DNA of 64,000 nucleotides from a bacterium. Lineage in GTDB: Bacteria; Patescibacteriota; Minisyncoccia; Phycocordibacterales; UBA2100. Shown piece after piece: positions 29,552-38,985 of this stretch. Where the stretch lies: NCBI GenBank assembly GCA_030674455.1, contig JAUSGQ010000029.1, positions 6,625 through 70,624 of the forward strand, read 5' to 3'. Position numbers and translations under genes: made by a program. Below the pieces are notes generated by a model. That model was not told where the DNA came from and made no database searches. It saw only the letters and a list, made by a program, of their open reading frames with translations. How positions within the stretch are numbered: the first letter of the stretch is position 1; each line of letters begins with the position of its first letter.

Positions 29552-30288
29552 GAGTTAAGAGTTGGCAAAAGCTGTTCAATGTAGGAATAAGTTTCGCGAT
29601 AATCGGCCACCGCGTGCGTGGGTATTTTGCCTATGACCGTCTCGTCATTCCCACCTGGGAACAAGGCGTCGCCCACGTACACAGAATCTTCCCTCTTCCA
29701 CCCCATTTTTTCTATGAAGGCGGGTACGTTGTAGCCTTTATTCTTGCCAAATTCAAAGAAATCGAGGTTTGTAGTTCCACCAATACGAACTTCAACTCTT
29801 GTTTTTTCCAATGCCTTCACGTCGGCCGCCATGTCTTTGAGGAGCGCAATCCTTTTCTTGCCGCCCGGGTCAAAAGCATCTTTCTTATCGTGGTCTTCGT
29901 GATGGCCTATGAGCGAAAAAGCAATCTGCGAATCTCGATCTTCAACGATGTCGTTCTCGTCGCGCACTTTGAGATTCAATTGCTTACGCGCCTTTGCAAC
30001 GAATGCAAGAATCGCATCTTTCTGCTCTTTGGAAAGCGACCGGTTCCACAAAACCTTGCCATCGCGCGTTTCCGCGCGGTTGCCGTTTTGGCCGAGGATG
30101 TGATAAAGACCCTCGAGCTCCGGCCTCAAATGCTTTTTTATATCCTGCGCACCGTGGCCGGATACCACTGTGACATCAGCGCGTTCGCATAACTTCTTCA
30201 GAATCGGCGCATGTTCTGGCAGAATCAAAGACTTGCTCGGCGTGAGCGTGTTATCGAGGTCGAAGAAGACATGTTTCGTCATATTCAC
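29548..30288 (-). CDS. HAD-superfamily hydrolase, subfamily IIB-like; paralog of 9810..10586
   Basis: 'VFFDLDNTLT', 'VYVGDALFPGGNDETV'. Confidence 0.7.
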   Translation of the reverse strand: MNMTKHVFFDLDNTLTPSKSLILPEHAPILKKLCERADVTVVSGHGAQDIKKHLRPELEGLYHILGQNGNRAETRDGKVLWNRSLSKEQKDAILAFVAKARKQLNLKVRDENDIVEDRDSQIAFSLIGHHEDHDKKDAFDPGGKKRIALLKDMAADVKALEKTRVEVRIGGTTNLDFFEFGKNKGYNVPAFIEKMGWKREDSVYVGDALFPGGNDETVIGKIPTHAVADYRETYSYIEQLLPTLNS

Positions 30289-30860
30289 AAATCCTTGAGA
30301 GGTAGGCCGTTAATGAAATCTTTCTTTCCTATATCAACGCCATTTTTGCGGAGAATTGAATAGGCGGTAACGATATGAAAATAGAAATTCGGTAGCAAGT
30401 ATTCTGTAGCATACTCGAAGCCGGTGGCATATCTATTCTTCCAATAGGGAAGTGTTATCTTAATTTCTTCTTTTCCGATAATTTGCTCCGGTTTGATCGT
30501 CTTCAGAAATGCTATCGTCTTTTCGATGCGCGCCTTGAGTTCATCCACCGTTTTCTCGTTATCCTCGTAGACGGGAATTTCTACCTCTGCGAGCCGCGCC
30601 GCGCCTCCTTTTGCATTGTCGCAGGCGATTTGCACCTGCCGGATGAAATGAAACTGGTCGAAGACGAGCCGGTCGTTCAAGAGCGAAGCGAGATGTTTTG
30701 AGCCGGGGTGGCGTTCTGTTCCTCTGGATTCTGCGTGAGCGATGGCCTTATCCATTATTTTGGGGAGCATCGAAAGCGCCTTAATCATCGGCGGGACAGT
30801 GACCGCGTAGAGGTTTGTCTGCTGCATATCACCATTCACTACCCGTTTTGCTTCTCCCAA
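30285..30860 (-). CDS. DUF1993-family protein
   Basis: 'LYAVTVPPMIKAL...QVQIACDNAKGGAARLAEVEIPVYEDNE...KPEQ' matches the DUF1993 pattern as remembered. Confidence 0.55.
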   Translation of the reverse strand: MGEAKRVVNGDMQQTNLYAVTVPPMIKALSMLPKIMDKAIAHAESRGTERHPGSKHLASLLNDRLVFDQFHFIRQVQIACDNAKGGAARLAEVEIPVYEDNEKTVDELKARIEKTIAFLKTIKPEQIIGKEEIKITLPYWKNRYATGFEYATEYLLPNFYFHIVTAYSILRKNGVDIGKKDFINGLPLKDL

Positions 30861-31417
30861 TAACTTGCGGATGCCGAGACATATTCCGCAACCCGTCTTT
30901 CGGCTTCGGCCGCGAAGCGGGTTGCCATTTGTTCGCGCTCATTTTCCGGCGAACCGCTTGCAAGCCACTTTTCCAGAACATCAATTTGTTTAGGATTTGA
31001 AAGCGCGAGGCGGCGGCCTTTGGCCGCCGCCCGCAGAAGCGTCGGGCCGCCGATGTCCGTTTTTTCGATAACGCTTGCGGATGTCGCTTTTGGATCTTGA
31101 GTTTCTTTCTCAAGCGGATAGAGATTCACGTAGACCAAATCAATGTTCGCAATATTAAGCCGCTTTAGCTCGGCAAAGTCCTCGGGTGTTGAGGCAAGAA
31201 GTCCGGCATATATTTCTCTCGAGAGCGTAACAACGCTATGTCCTAAGATTGGAGCCCCTATGGTGTCTGCGACATCTTTGCACGGAATGTTATTTTGCTT
31301 TAAATAGCTTGTGGTTCCGGCAGAAGCCAAAATGTTCCATCCATTCTTAATCAACGCCTGCGCTAGGCGCAAGAGAGGCTCATTTTTTTCGTAGGAGGTG
31401 AGAAGCGCGGTTTTCAT
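30839..31417 (-). CDS. IMP cyclohydrolase-like protein (MGS-like domain, stand-alone PurH N-terminal domain homolog)
   Basis: 'ALLTSYEKNEPLLRLAQALIKNGWNILASAGTTSYLKQNNIPCKDVADTIGAPILGH...IDLVYVNLYPL' resembles the PurH cyclohydrolase domain. Confidence 0.6.
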   Translation of the reverse strand: MKTALLTSYEKNEPLLRLAQALIKNGWNILASAGTTSYLKQNNIPCKDVADTIGAPILGHSVVTLSREIYAGLLASTPEDFAELKRLNIANIDLVYVNLYPLEKETQDPKATSASVIEKTDIGGPTLLRAAAKGRRLALSNPKQIDVLEKWLASGSPENEREQMATRFAAEAERRVAEYVSASASYWEKQNG

Positions 31418-31429
31418 AGTCAGATTCTA

Positions 31430-31870
31430 TCACACACCCAATTCCTTTTTTCCCGCTACTGCTATTAATGCTTCATAAAGATTGCGACCCCACGTCGTTC
31501 TTTGCAGAAGCCAACCATAGTTGATTAGTTCAGGAAATCCAAAGTAAATTTGAGCTATTATTTCCTTTCTTCCTGTTCCGGCAGTTTCGGCCTCGTTCAC
31601 TCTTTGATAGATATTCTTCACTGCCTCAAGAACTTTTGCGGGAGAAGTATGGCTCGTTATCAACTCAAGCCCTTGCCTCCTTTTCGGTAACAAGTTTCGA
31701 GCAAAAAGCTTCAATCTGCCATCTCTACTATGAGATAGATCAGTCAGCCGCTTAACTTCTGAACGCAACTCGTGAATTGCTCGGACTACATCTGCTTCAG
31801 ATAAGTTAAATGGCTCGGACCCAACTATAGGTCGGATGATTTCCTGACTGTTTTTTAATACCTCAATCAC
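31430..31870 (-). CDS. Hypothetical protein
   Basis: ORF only. Confidence 0.3.
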   Translation of the reverse strand: MIEVLKNSQEIIRPIVGSEPFNLSEADVVRAIHELRSEVKRLTDLSHSRDGRLKLFARNLLPKRRQGLELITSHTSPAKVLEAVKNIYQRVNEAETAGTGRKEIIAQIYFGFPELINYGWLLQRTTWGRNLYEALIAVAGKKELGV

Positions 31871-31880
31871 ATCCCACAGT

Positions 31881-32645
31881 TTACCTTGCGACGGAGTCTT
31901 TTTTAAGCAATGAAATGGCCTCGGAAACGGTGGTCATGAATTGTGCGGGAAAGATAATAGTGGAATTCTTTTCCACGGATATCTCCGCCATAGTTTGAAG
32001 CGTGCGCAATTGAAGCGCGACAGGGTGTTTGGCGATGATGTCGGCGGCTTCGCCCAATTTAACAGCTGCCTGGAATTCGCCTTCGGCGGCGACAATCTTT
32101 GCGCGCCGCTCTCTTTCCGCCTCCGCTTCCTTTGCCATCGCTCGTTGCATATTGTCGGGCAGAGCGATGTCTTTGATTTCCACTGCTGTAACTTGAGCGC
32201 CCCACGGCTCCGTGTGAGCATCTATCACATTCTTAATCTGTTCGTTTATCTTTAATGTCTCCGAAAGGAGTTGGTCGAGGCTGAATTGGCCGACGACATT
32301 GCGCACGGTGGTTTGCGATATCTGGTTGGTCGCATCGTACACATCTTCTATCGCAATCACCGCCTTTTCAGGGTTTGTGACTTTGTAGTAGGCGACGGCA
32401 GCAATATCAATGGAAACGTTGTCACGGGTGATGATTTTTTGAGATGCTATTTGCATCGTGACCGTGCGCAGGGAAACGCGCGTCATCAGCTGAAAGGGAA
32501 CAAAAATCAGTCGAAAACCGGGCTCGCGCACGCCGGTGAATTTGCCGAGGAGGAATACCACGCCCCTTTCGTATTGTTTAACAACTCGAATACAAGCGAG
32601 AAGATATAGAAAGACTAACGAAAGGATAAAGTATCCCGCATCCAT
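31881..32645 (-). CDS. SPFH/Band-7 (stomatin/prohibitin-like) membrane protein
   Basis: N-terminal TM followed by '[18 protein letters not shown]...[17 protein letters not shown]...AIEDV...TTVRNVVG'. Confidence 0.8.
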   Translation of the reverse strand: MDAGYFILSLVFLYLLACIRVVKQYERGVVFLLGKFTGVREPGFRLIFVPFQLMTRVSLRTVTMQIASQKIITRDNVSIDIAAVAYYKVTNPEKAVIAIEDVYDATNQISQTTVRNVVGQFSLDQLLSETLKINEQIKNVIDAHTEPWGAQVTAVEIKDIALPDNMQRAMAKEAEAERERRAKIVAAEGEFQAAVKLGEAADIIAKHPVALQLRTLQTMAEISVEKNSTIIFPAQFMTTVSEAISLLKKDSVAR

Positions 32646-32704
32646 AGGGTCATTATTTCATGCTAAATGTGGCGGTGCAACCCACTATCGTGTTATTCTG
32701 ATTT

Positions 32705-33163
32705 GTGATGAAAGACGGGAAAAAGGTGGGAATAACTGCGGGGGCGTTCGACTTATGCCACGCTGGACACATGATAGTGTTCAAGGAGGCAAAAATGGTC
32801 TGCGACTATCTAATAGTGGCGCTTCAGGACGACCCATCGGACACAACATCTGATTACCGCGGGAAGAAAAAGAATAAGCCGATAATGTCGCTTGAGGAGC
32901 GCAAGATGATTTTGGAGGGAATCCGCTACGTGGATGAGGTGATAGTTTACCATTCGGAGGAAGACCTTCATGAACTGCTTGTCAGTTTAAAGCCGGATAT
33001 TCGCATCATCGGTATCGACTGGAAAGGTAAGAAATACACAGGGTACGAACTTCCTATAGAAATGCACTATAATTCTCGCAGCCATGACTTTTCAACGTCG
33101 GCCCTGCGGAAGCGCGTTTATGAAGCAGAGTTGCAAAAGATGAAGGAGGAAGAGGAGCGCTAA
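32705..33163 (+). CDS. Cytidylyltransferase-like nucleotidyltransferase (HxGH family; TagD/RfaE-domain-II-like)
   Basis: 'GITAGAFDLCHAGHMIVFKEAK' HIGH motif. Confidence 0.7.
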   Translation: MMKDGKKVGITAGAFDLCHAGHMIVFKEAKMVCDYLIVALQDDPSDTTSDYRGKKKNKPIMSLEERKMILEGIRYVDEVIVYHSEEDLHELLVSLKPDIRIIGIDWKGKKYTGYELPIEMHYNSRSHDFSTSALRKRVYEAELQKMKEEEER

Positions 33164-33298
33164 CGCCAGATTTTACTGTTTTCGCCAGGTATTAAGCTCT
33201 CTATTGAGCGGTGGATAACTCTGTGGCGCGTGAATGCGTTTTGACTCATACTTTGTATACGAAATTGGTCGACTTACAAATATAATAAATTTCACAAT

Positions 33299-33502
33299 AT
33301 GAACTTACACGCAATCGCATTCATTCTCCTCATCGTCGGTGGTCTGAACTGGGGTCTTTCGGCGGTCGGCCTGAATGTTGTCAACTTGATCGTTGGCAGC
33401 TGGCCGATAGTCGAGCAGATCGTCTACATTTTGGTAGGCCTTGCAGCTATCTACGAAGCTGTGACGTACAAACAGCACTTTGCTGCCGGAGCAACTGTAT
33501 AA
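33299..33502 (+). CDS. DUF378-family small membrane protein
   Basis: 'FILLIVGGLNWGLSAVGLNVV' typical DUF378 pattern. A plausible promoter (ttgact ... tataat) lies upstream. Confidence 0.6.
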   Translation: MNLHAIAFILLIVGGLNWGLSAVGLNVVNLIVGSWPIVEQIVYILVGLAAIYEAVTYKQHFAAGATV

Positions 33503-33556
33503 GGTTGAACCGTCGTTTTTACACAGGCCGCGCAAGCGGCCTGTGTGTTTTTGCAC

Positions 33557-34900
33557 CTACCCAAATAGGTTATATAGAAGCCATAGGTTCAGCACGACGA
33601 TGAACCCTGCAAGGGCGTATGAGGCAACTTTGAGCCATGATTTATTCACAAAAGCACCCATTTTCTCCCTGTTGCTCGTAAACATAACAAGCGGTATTAC
33701 CGCGAAAGGCAACTGAATGCTCAAAATGACCTGGCTCAAAATCAGCAGTTTACCGACGCCGAAGTCTCTAAAATACAGAATTACCGCAAGCGCCGGGATT
33801 ATGGCGAGCGAGCGTGTCATGAGCCGTTGAATCCACGGCTTGAGCTTTAAGTTCAAAAACCCTTCCATAATGATTTGCCCGGTAAGAGTTCCCGTAAGGG
33901 TGGAATTTTGGCCGGACGCGAGAAGCGCGAGAGCAAACACAATACTAGCGCCGGAGGCACCGAGAAGCGGAGAAAGCAATTTGTAAGCCTCTGATATATC
34001 ATTTACATCCTGATAACCGGAAAAGTGAAAGGTAGCTGCTGAAACTATCAAAATAGCGGCATTCACGAAAAACGCTCCCGATAGTGCAATTACCGTATCT
34101 ATGGTGGCGAACTTGACTGCCTCTTTCTTGCCTTCTAAATCGCGCTCGAACCGGCGCGTCTGCACGATAGAGGAGTGGAGGAACAAATTGTGGGGCATAA
34201 CGGTCGCGCCTATTATGCCGAGCGCGATATAAAGCATTTCTTTATCGGAGAAAATAGCGGCGGAAGGAATAAATCCCGCCAGAAGCGGCGCGATTTCGGG
34301 GCGCGATAAGAATAACTCAAGCCCGAATGCGACGACGATGGTGCTGATGAGAACGATGATGAGCGCCTCAAGATAGCGAAACCCTTTTTTCTGCAGCATT
34401 AAAATGAGCAGAACATCCGCCGCGGTGATTATTACGCCGATTGCAAGCGGAATGTTGAACAGAAGATTGAGGGCGATTGCCGAACCGATGACTTCCGCGA
34501 GGTCGCACGCAATTATCATGATTTGCGCCATAAGCCACAAAAAGAGCCGCACCGGCTTTCTGTAGCTCTCTCGACAGGCTTGTGCGAGGTCGCGGCCTGT
34601 TGCAATTCCGAGTTTCAGCGCGAGATGCTGAAGAAGGATTGCCATTAAACTTGAAAGCAATACTACGAATAAGAGGGAATAGCCGAACTTTGCGCCGCCT
34701 GCGAGGTCGGTCGCCCAGTTGCCAGGGTCCATATAACCAACGGCGACTAAATATCCCGGGCCGGAAAATGCCAGAAGTTTGCGCAGGAAAGATGCGCCGG
34801 GCGGGACGTGTATGGAACTATGCACCTCCGAAAGGCTCTTTTGTTCTTCTTCTATAAATGCGCCTGCGCTCATCTCATTAGAAATAGGTTGCGGAAACAC
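33557..34900 (-). CDS. mntH: Nramp-family divalent metal (Mn2+/Fe2+) transporter
   Basis: 'GPGYLVAVGYMDPGNWATDLAGGAKFGYSLL' Nramp consensus. Confidence 0.9.
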   Translation of the reverse strand: MFPQPISNEMSAGAFIEEEQKSLSEVHSSIHVPPGASFLRKLLAFSGPGYLVAVGYMDPGNWATDLAGGAKFGYSLLFVVLLSSLMAILLQHLALKLGIATGRDLAQACRESYRKPVRLFLWLMAQIMIIACDLAEVIGSAIALNLLFNIPLAIGVIITAADVLLILMLQKKGFRYLEALIIVLISTIVVAFGLELFLSRPEIAPLLAGFIPSAAIFSDKEMLYIALGIIGATVMPHNLFLHSSIVQTRRFERDLEGKKEAVKFATIDTVIALSGAFFVNAAILIVSAATFHFSGYQDVNDISEAYKLLSPLLGASGASIVFALALLASGQNSTLTGTLTGQIIMEGFLNLKLKPWIQRLMTRSLAIIPALAVILYFRDFGVGKLLILSQVILSIQLPFAVIPLVMFTSNREKMGAFVNKSWLKVASYALAGFIVVLNLWLLYNLFG

Positions 34901-34991
34901 ACCGTCCCCCTTCGCCTATTTGATTACGACTAATAATGTTTTCCTGCATGCAATATAATTGTTAATCCGCAATTTCTAACGGGACAGGTAT

Positions 34992-35411
34992 TCAATTCAC
35001 GCGTGGAATCTGCATTCCGTGCGGGTCATTCTTCGGACTCCCCAAAAAGCAATGCAATCGTTTCGCGACTTCGTCGCTCACGCCGTGTTCAAGCCGGTTT
35101 GCCTCGGCATGCACCTTTGAGCGGGGGACTTTGAGCGTGGAGTGCAGGAATACTTCTATAATACGGTGTTTGAAGGTTAATGATTGTGCGATTTTCTGCC
35201 CGCGCGGAGTAAGTGTAATGGATGCATATTTGTGGGGGACTACGAGGCCGTCGCGCATCAGGTCCTTTAGGCGTTCTGAAACGGTGGACTTGCTCAAATG
35301 CAAATACTTGGCCGTCTCGGTCGTGGATGCTCGGCCGCCGTGCCTCTCCTGCAAAAGATATATCGCCCGCAAATAATCTTCCCGTGTCGCACTGATAGTC
35401 TTTGCCCGCAT
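34992..35411 (-). CDS. DtxR/MntR-family metal-dependent transcriptional regulator
   Basis: 'REDYLRAIYLLQERHGGRASTTETAKYLHLSKSTVSERLKDLMRDGLV' DtxR-type HTH. Start taken as MRAKTISATRE, immediately after the palindrome. Confidence 0.75.
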   Translation of the reverse strand: MRAKTISATREDYLRAIYLLQERHGGRASTTETAKYLHLSKSTVSERLKDLMRDGLVVPHKYASITLTPRGQKIAQSLTFKHRIIEVFLHSTLKVPRSKVHAEANRLEHGVSDEVAKRLHCFLGSPKNDPHGMQIPRVN

Positions 35412-35435
35412 AATGTTCGTATATACGAACATTAT
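35410..35435. promoter_or_regulatory. 26-nt perfect palindrome ataatgttcgtatatacgaacattat abutting the DtxR/MntR start. Candidate autoregulatory metalloregulator operator
   Basis: Perfect dyad seen in sequence, positioned at the regulator's translation start. Confidence 0.5.
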
Positions 35436-35949
35436 CAAACTCGTCAATAAACGTCAATGGGGAAAAGAGAGAGCCGCCGGAGAAACCAAGCATTTGGTGG
35501 TTTCCCCAGCGGCACGACAGTGAATTAACACTCACATAATTCACCGTTGTAGTGGTGGTGTACTAGTTGAACACCACTGGCTTCGCACGCGGGCTTAAGG
35601 TACTTAAAAGCTTCGCGAGGCAAAAGCAGCGCAGTGTTCTGCAACCGTATTCCACTCAAGGCGTCTACCGGAGTGGAGCCCACAGAAAACTCCAAGGGCT
35701 CAACTCCGTTGGAATTCTTTCTGTAGGTTCTAGCCACCCAATGCGAACGTCCTCCCTGCCATTTTTGTTGCAGAAATCCAAATCGAGTGAAAAACAGAGG
35801 CGACTTAGATGCCCACATGAACCCATCGCTCACTTCGAGCGATTTTTTAGAATTTGGCGGAGTCGCATTCCATGCGATCCACTCCGCCGTTACAGCTAAA
35901 AGAGCCGGTTGCTGTTGCATGACTATTCCCCATATCAAAGTTGCAATAC

Positions 35950-36115
35950 TTGCAACGTGCGTTTCGGTTGCCGATGTTCTGGCCTACGCGAATGGAAACA
36001 GTAAAGGCACAGACGGTCAAACAAAATGAGTGCATAACTATTGAGATAATCAAAGTTTTCTTCAGAATTGAGAAGGCGTCCAGTTTGTGTTATGTATATG
36101 GCAGCGGACGAGACG
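35950..36115. repeat. About 165-bp direct repeat, copy 1 (about 85-90 % identical to 37025-37190), flanking the IS200-like element
   Basis: Seen in sequence. Confidence 0.8.
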
Positions 36116-36180
36116 TTATTTTTTTTGGTGAGTCCATTAAAGAGGAGAGCAGCGTGCATATTTTATTCGCGGGGAAAAGG

Positions 36181-36247
36181 GAAAAGGTGTCAGGAATCTT
36201 TTGTTGGAAAAGAAAAGGCAAGAAAAGGTGTCAGGAACCTTTTGTTG
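36181..36247. repeat. Left terminal repeats of the IS200-like element: two tandem hairpins gaaaaggtgtcagga(a/t)c(c/t)ttttgttg
   Basis: Inverted copies (cctgacaccttttc x3) lie at 36927-36990. Confidence 0.8.
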
Positions 36248-36265
36248 ATATGGTATAGTACACAA

Positions 36266-36940
36266 ATGGGAAGAGCGCTTCGTACTGATGTCGGAGGTTA
36301 TGTGTACCATGTATTAAATCGAGCGAACGCTCGCTCGACGATATTCAGGACAAAGGCAGATTACGAGTTGTTTGAAAAGGTGCTTGAAGAGGCCAAGGAA
36401 TTAATCGGCATGAGAATTCTTGCGTACTGCATCATGCCAAATCACTGGCATCTCGTGCTGTATCCCAAGAGTGATGGCGATTTGTCGAAGTTTGTTAATT
36501 GGCTGACGTTAACGCACACCCAACGCTGGCATGCCGCACATAATACGATTGGACACGGCCACTTGTATCAAGGGCGATACAAATCATTTCTGTGCGAGGA
36601 TGATGTTCACTTTATTCATCTCGTGCGATATGTGGAGCGTAATGCTTTACGAGCCAATCTTGCGCCTCGGGCAGAGGATTGGCGATGGGGAAGTGCGTGG
36701 CGACGGATTAACGGTACCGCGAAGCAGAAAGAATTGCTCGGTTCATGGCCGGTGCATATGCCGCAACGATATGTTGAACTCTTGAATCATCCGCAATCGG
36801 AGGAAGAAGTTAATGCGATGCGGCGGGCAGTTACCCGTGGCAATCCGTATGGTTCAGACGAATGGATAGAAAGGATGATAAAGAAGTTCCGTCTCGAAAC
36901 AACGGTTCGTTCGAGGGGCAGACCAAGAAAAGGTTCCTGA
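36266..36940 (+). mobile_element. IS200/IS605-type Y1 (HUH) transposase
   Basis: 'YHVLNRAN...RILAYCIMPNHWHLVL...HLYQGRYKSF...YVERNALRANL'. Start taken at MGRALRTD; the ORF-track start at 36068 reads through the flanking repeats. Confidence 0.8.
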
Positions 36941-36990
36941 CACCTTTTCCCTGACACCTTTTCCACCTTTTCTCCCACTGACACCTTTTC
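36927..36990. repeat. Right terminal repeats of the IS200-like element (gaaaaggttcctgacaccttttcc, then degenerate ctgacaccttttc units)
   Basis: Reverse complement of the left-end units. Confidence 0.8.
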
Positions 36991-37024
36991 TCCTCCCCAA
37001 TGAGGAAAGTTTCCTGCGATTTCC

Positions 37025-37190
37025 GTCGCAGAATACGGTTGCCAATGTTTCTGGCCTGAATAAATGGAAACAGTAAAGACACAGACGGTCAAACAAAATG
37101 AGTGCATAACTATTGAGCTATGGTCAAAGTTCTTTGCCGAATTGAGAACGCGTCCAGTTTGTGTTATGTATATGGCAGCGGACGAGGTCT
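37025..37190. repeat. About 165-bp direct repeat, copy 2
   Basis: Matches 35950-36115. Confidence 0.8.
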
Positions 37191-37235
37191 GATTTCGTCC
37201 TCGAACATCCCGTCACTTTATGGAAGGACAGCACC

Positions 37236-37616
37236 ATGCATAACCTGCGTGTTTTAGTTGTCGAGGACAACAACGATGATCGGATATTGGTCGTCCGAGC
37301 ATTGGAGGGAAAAGTCTCGACGCTGGATGTTACATCCAGTGTAGAAGAGGCGATGCCGCGACTCAGTAGTTGGCGGTACGACGTAATAGTGGCAGACCTT
37401 AGTCGTCCGCCTGGGTTTTCGGGTTTTGACCTACTGAAGATAATCGCAGGATCTATTGATGCCGCTTTCATTGTCCTTTTGGACGACGAAGATGAGGAAG
37501 TAGAGCAAGCGGTCGCACTAGGCGCGGTTCGCGTCGGCAAGGAATTGGATGGAAGGATGGCCGGGCTCGTCGCGGCCCTGGAACAAATAGCGGCTCGGAA
37601 GGAAGCTGGGCAATAA
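37236..37616 (+). CDS. Stand-alone response-regulator receiver (CheY-like) domain protein
   Basis: 'LRVLVVEDNNDDRILVVRAL ... YDVIVADLSRPP ... LLKII' receiver-domain Asp pocket. Confidence 0.6.
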   Translation: MHNLRVLVVEDNNDDRILVVRALEGKVSTLDVTSSVEEAMPRLSSWRYDVIVADLSRPPGFSGFDLLKIIAGSIDAAFIVLLDDEDEEVEQAVALGAVRVGKELDGRMAGLVAALEQIAARKEAGQ

Positions 37617-37697
37617 TAGCCGCCGTGGAAAAGCGGAGGGAAAAGCCAAACGGCAGATCTCTTCCAAGACCGGCGGCTTTTCTCTTTTTAAACATTC

Positions 37698-37736
37698 AAA
37701 AAGCCACCGCCCTCCGAAGGAGGGCGGTGGCTTTTT
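37698..37736. terminator. Bidirectional rho-independent terminator (aaaagccaccgccctcc-gaagg-agggcggtggcttttt)
   Basis: 17-bp GC-rich stem flanked by A/T runs on both sides. Confidence 0.8.
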
Positions 37737-37753
37737 GCTCAAACAAACGAAAA

Positions 37754-37906
37754 CTATTTCTTATTGCCCAAAATCTTGAACATTCCGGTGCCGCACACGG
37801 TGCAGGAACCCTTGAGCGCCCTGCGGCCGTTCTTCATCTCCACCTCGGCCGCATCCTTGATGTCTCTCTTCTCCTTGCATTTCACACAATATCCTTGCTC
37901 TGCCAT
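37754..37906 (-). CDS. DUF5679-family small zinc-ribbon protein (50 aa, MAEQGYCVKCKEKRDIKDAAEVEMKNGRRALKGSCTVCGTGMFKILGNKK)
   Basis: Hand-translated. Below the ORF-track length cut-off. CxxC...CxxC pattern and the conserved 'MKNGR' core. Confidence 0.65.
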   Translation of the reverse strand: MAEQGYCVKCKEKRDIKDAAEVEMKNGRRALKGSCTVCGTGMFKILGNKK

Positions 37907-37992
37907 AGATTCTTAATATTAAACGTTATTAATAAGCTTGGCCATATTGTATACCCCGCTTGCGTGATATGCCACAAGGCGTTATAGGCCAC

Positions 37993-38113
37993 AAATTTGC
38001 AAAACCCAATTTGCAATTTGCAAAAGAAATTTCAATTTTCAAAGCGGTTTTGCCGTTTGATTCTTGTAGTTTTTGATTTCTTTGCAAATTGATTTTTGGA
38101 GCTTGCAAATTCT
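37993..38113. repeat. 'ttgcaaat'-rich intergenic element; copy 2 of 2
   Basis: Matches 11229-11352. Confidence 0.8.
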
Positions 38114-38146
38114 GGGAATTCCGAAGGAGAAACTGGGAGTGGCTCT

Positions 38147-38704
38147 TTAAGGTCGCACCTTGAAATTCCGCCAAGAGTCCTTAAGAAAGGTCAGCACAAG
38201 GGTTGCCAGAAGGGTTGCAAGCCACACGATGCCCGTTATCAATAGAAAGTCATTGATTCGGTTCTCCGTTTCTTTTAATGAGCGTCCCACCGCGACAAAT
38301 CCGTCCGAATAGGGAAGTACAACAAGCGCGAACCTGGCATTCGACTCGGGTTGCCATGTTATTAGATTCTCGCCGCGCTCGTTTGCATATTGCAAAACGC
38401 CTTCCGGAAGAATGGGCGCTGTGCCATTCAGTTGTCCTGTTGAGGCGATCGGCTTATATGCGGAATTGTAAATGACAAGAAATGGCGCGGAACTCTCCTT
38501 AATGTTCACGATATTTGCGGTAGCAAAATCAGCGGGCGTCTTTCCGCTCTCGAGTATTCTCACGGCATCTTTGGCGATCTGTATCTGCGGCTCGTTGGCC
38601 GACTGGCGCAAGCTCTGCTGGGCAAGAAGATAGGCGAGCCCGCACACGCCGGTTACAGCAACGGAAAGCAGAAGCCAGTATTGCAGATATGAGAGTTGCT
38701 TCAT
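38147..38704 (-). CDS. Hypothetical membrane protein (N- and C-terminal TM helices)
   Basis: ORF only. Confidence 0.4.
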   Translation of the reverse strand: MKQLSYLQYWLLLSVAVTGVCGLAYLLAQQSLRQSANEPQIQIAKDAVRILESGKTPADFATANIVNIKESSAPFLVIYNSAYKPIASTGQLNGTAPILPEGVLQYANERGENLITWQPESNARFALVVLPYSDGFVAVGRSLKETENRINDFLLITGIVWLATLLATLVLTFLKDSWRNFKVRP

Positions 38705-38985
38705 GGTGCAATTCTAGCATTTTCTTGGAAAGCCCGAGGAGACACCTCCCCCTTCCCATCCTTCGCCAAGGCTTCGGAGGGCGCCGTGGGTGAGGAGTCA
38801 CCTCGGAAACTTCGGAATCCTACAAGGTGCGACCTTAAAGAGCGACTCCCAAGGTCGCACCTTGGGTGCCACCAAATCAAGGACTCCCCTTGATTTTTGG
38901 GTTATCCACACCTTATGGCGGTTCACCTTGCATTCATGCTAGGATATGCTATAATTATATTAATTACGAGCTAAATTAATATAAT

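Noticed and set aside
30829-31113. Overlapping alternative-frame ORFs inside the IMP-cyclohydrolase-like gene, the SPFH gene and others
   Set aside because: These are shadow ORFs within confidently assigned genes.
35525-35938. 137-aa ORF on the minus strand (MIWGIVMQQQPALL...) as a gene
   Set aside because: There are no recognisable motifs and it overlaps the diverged 165-bp repeat region. It is kept out of the feature list as probably non-coding or low-confidence.
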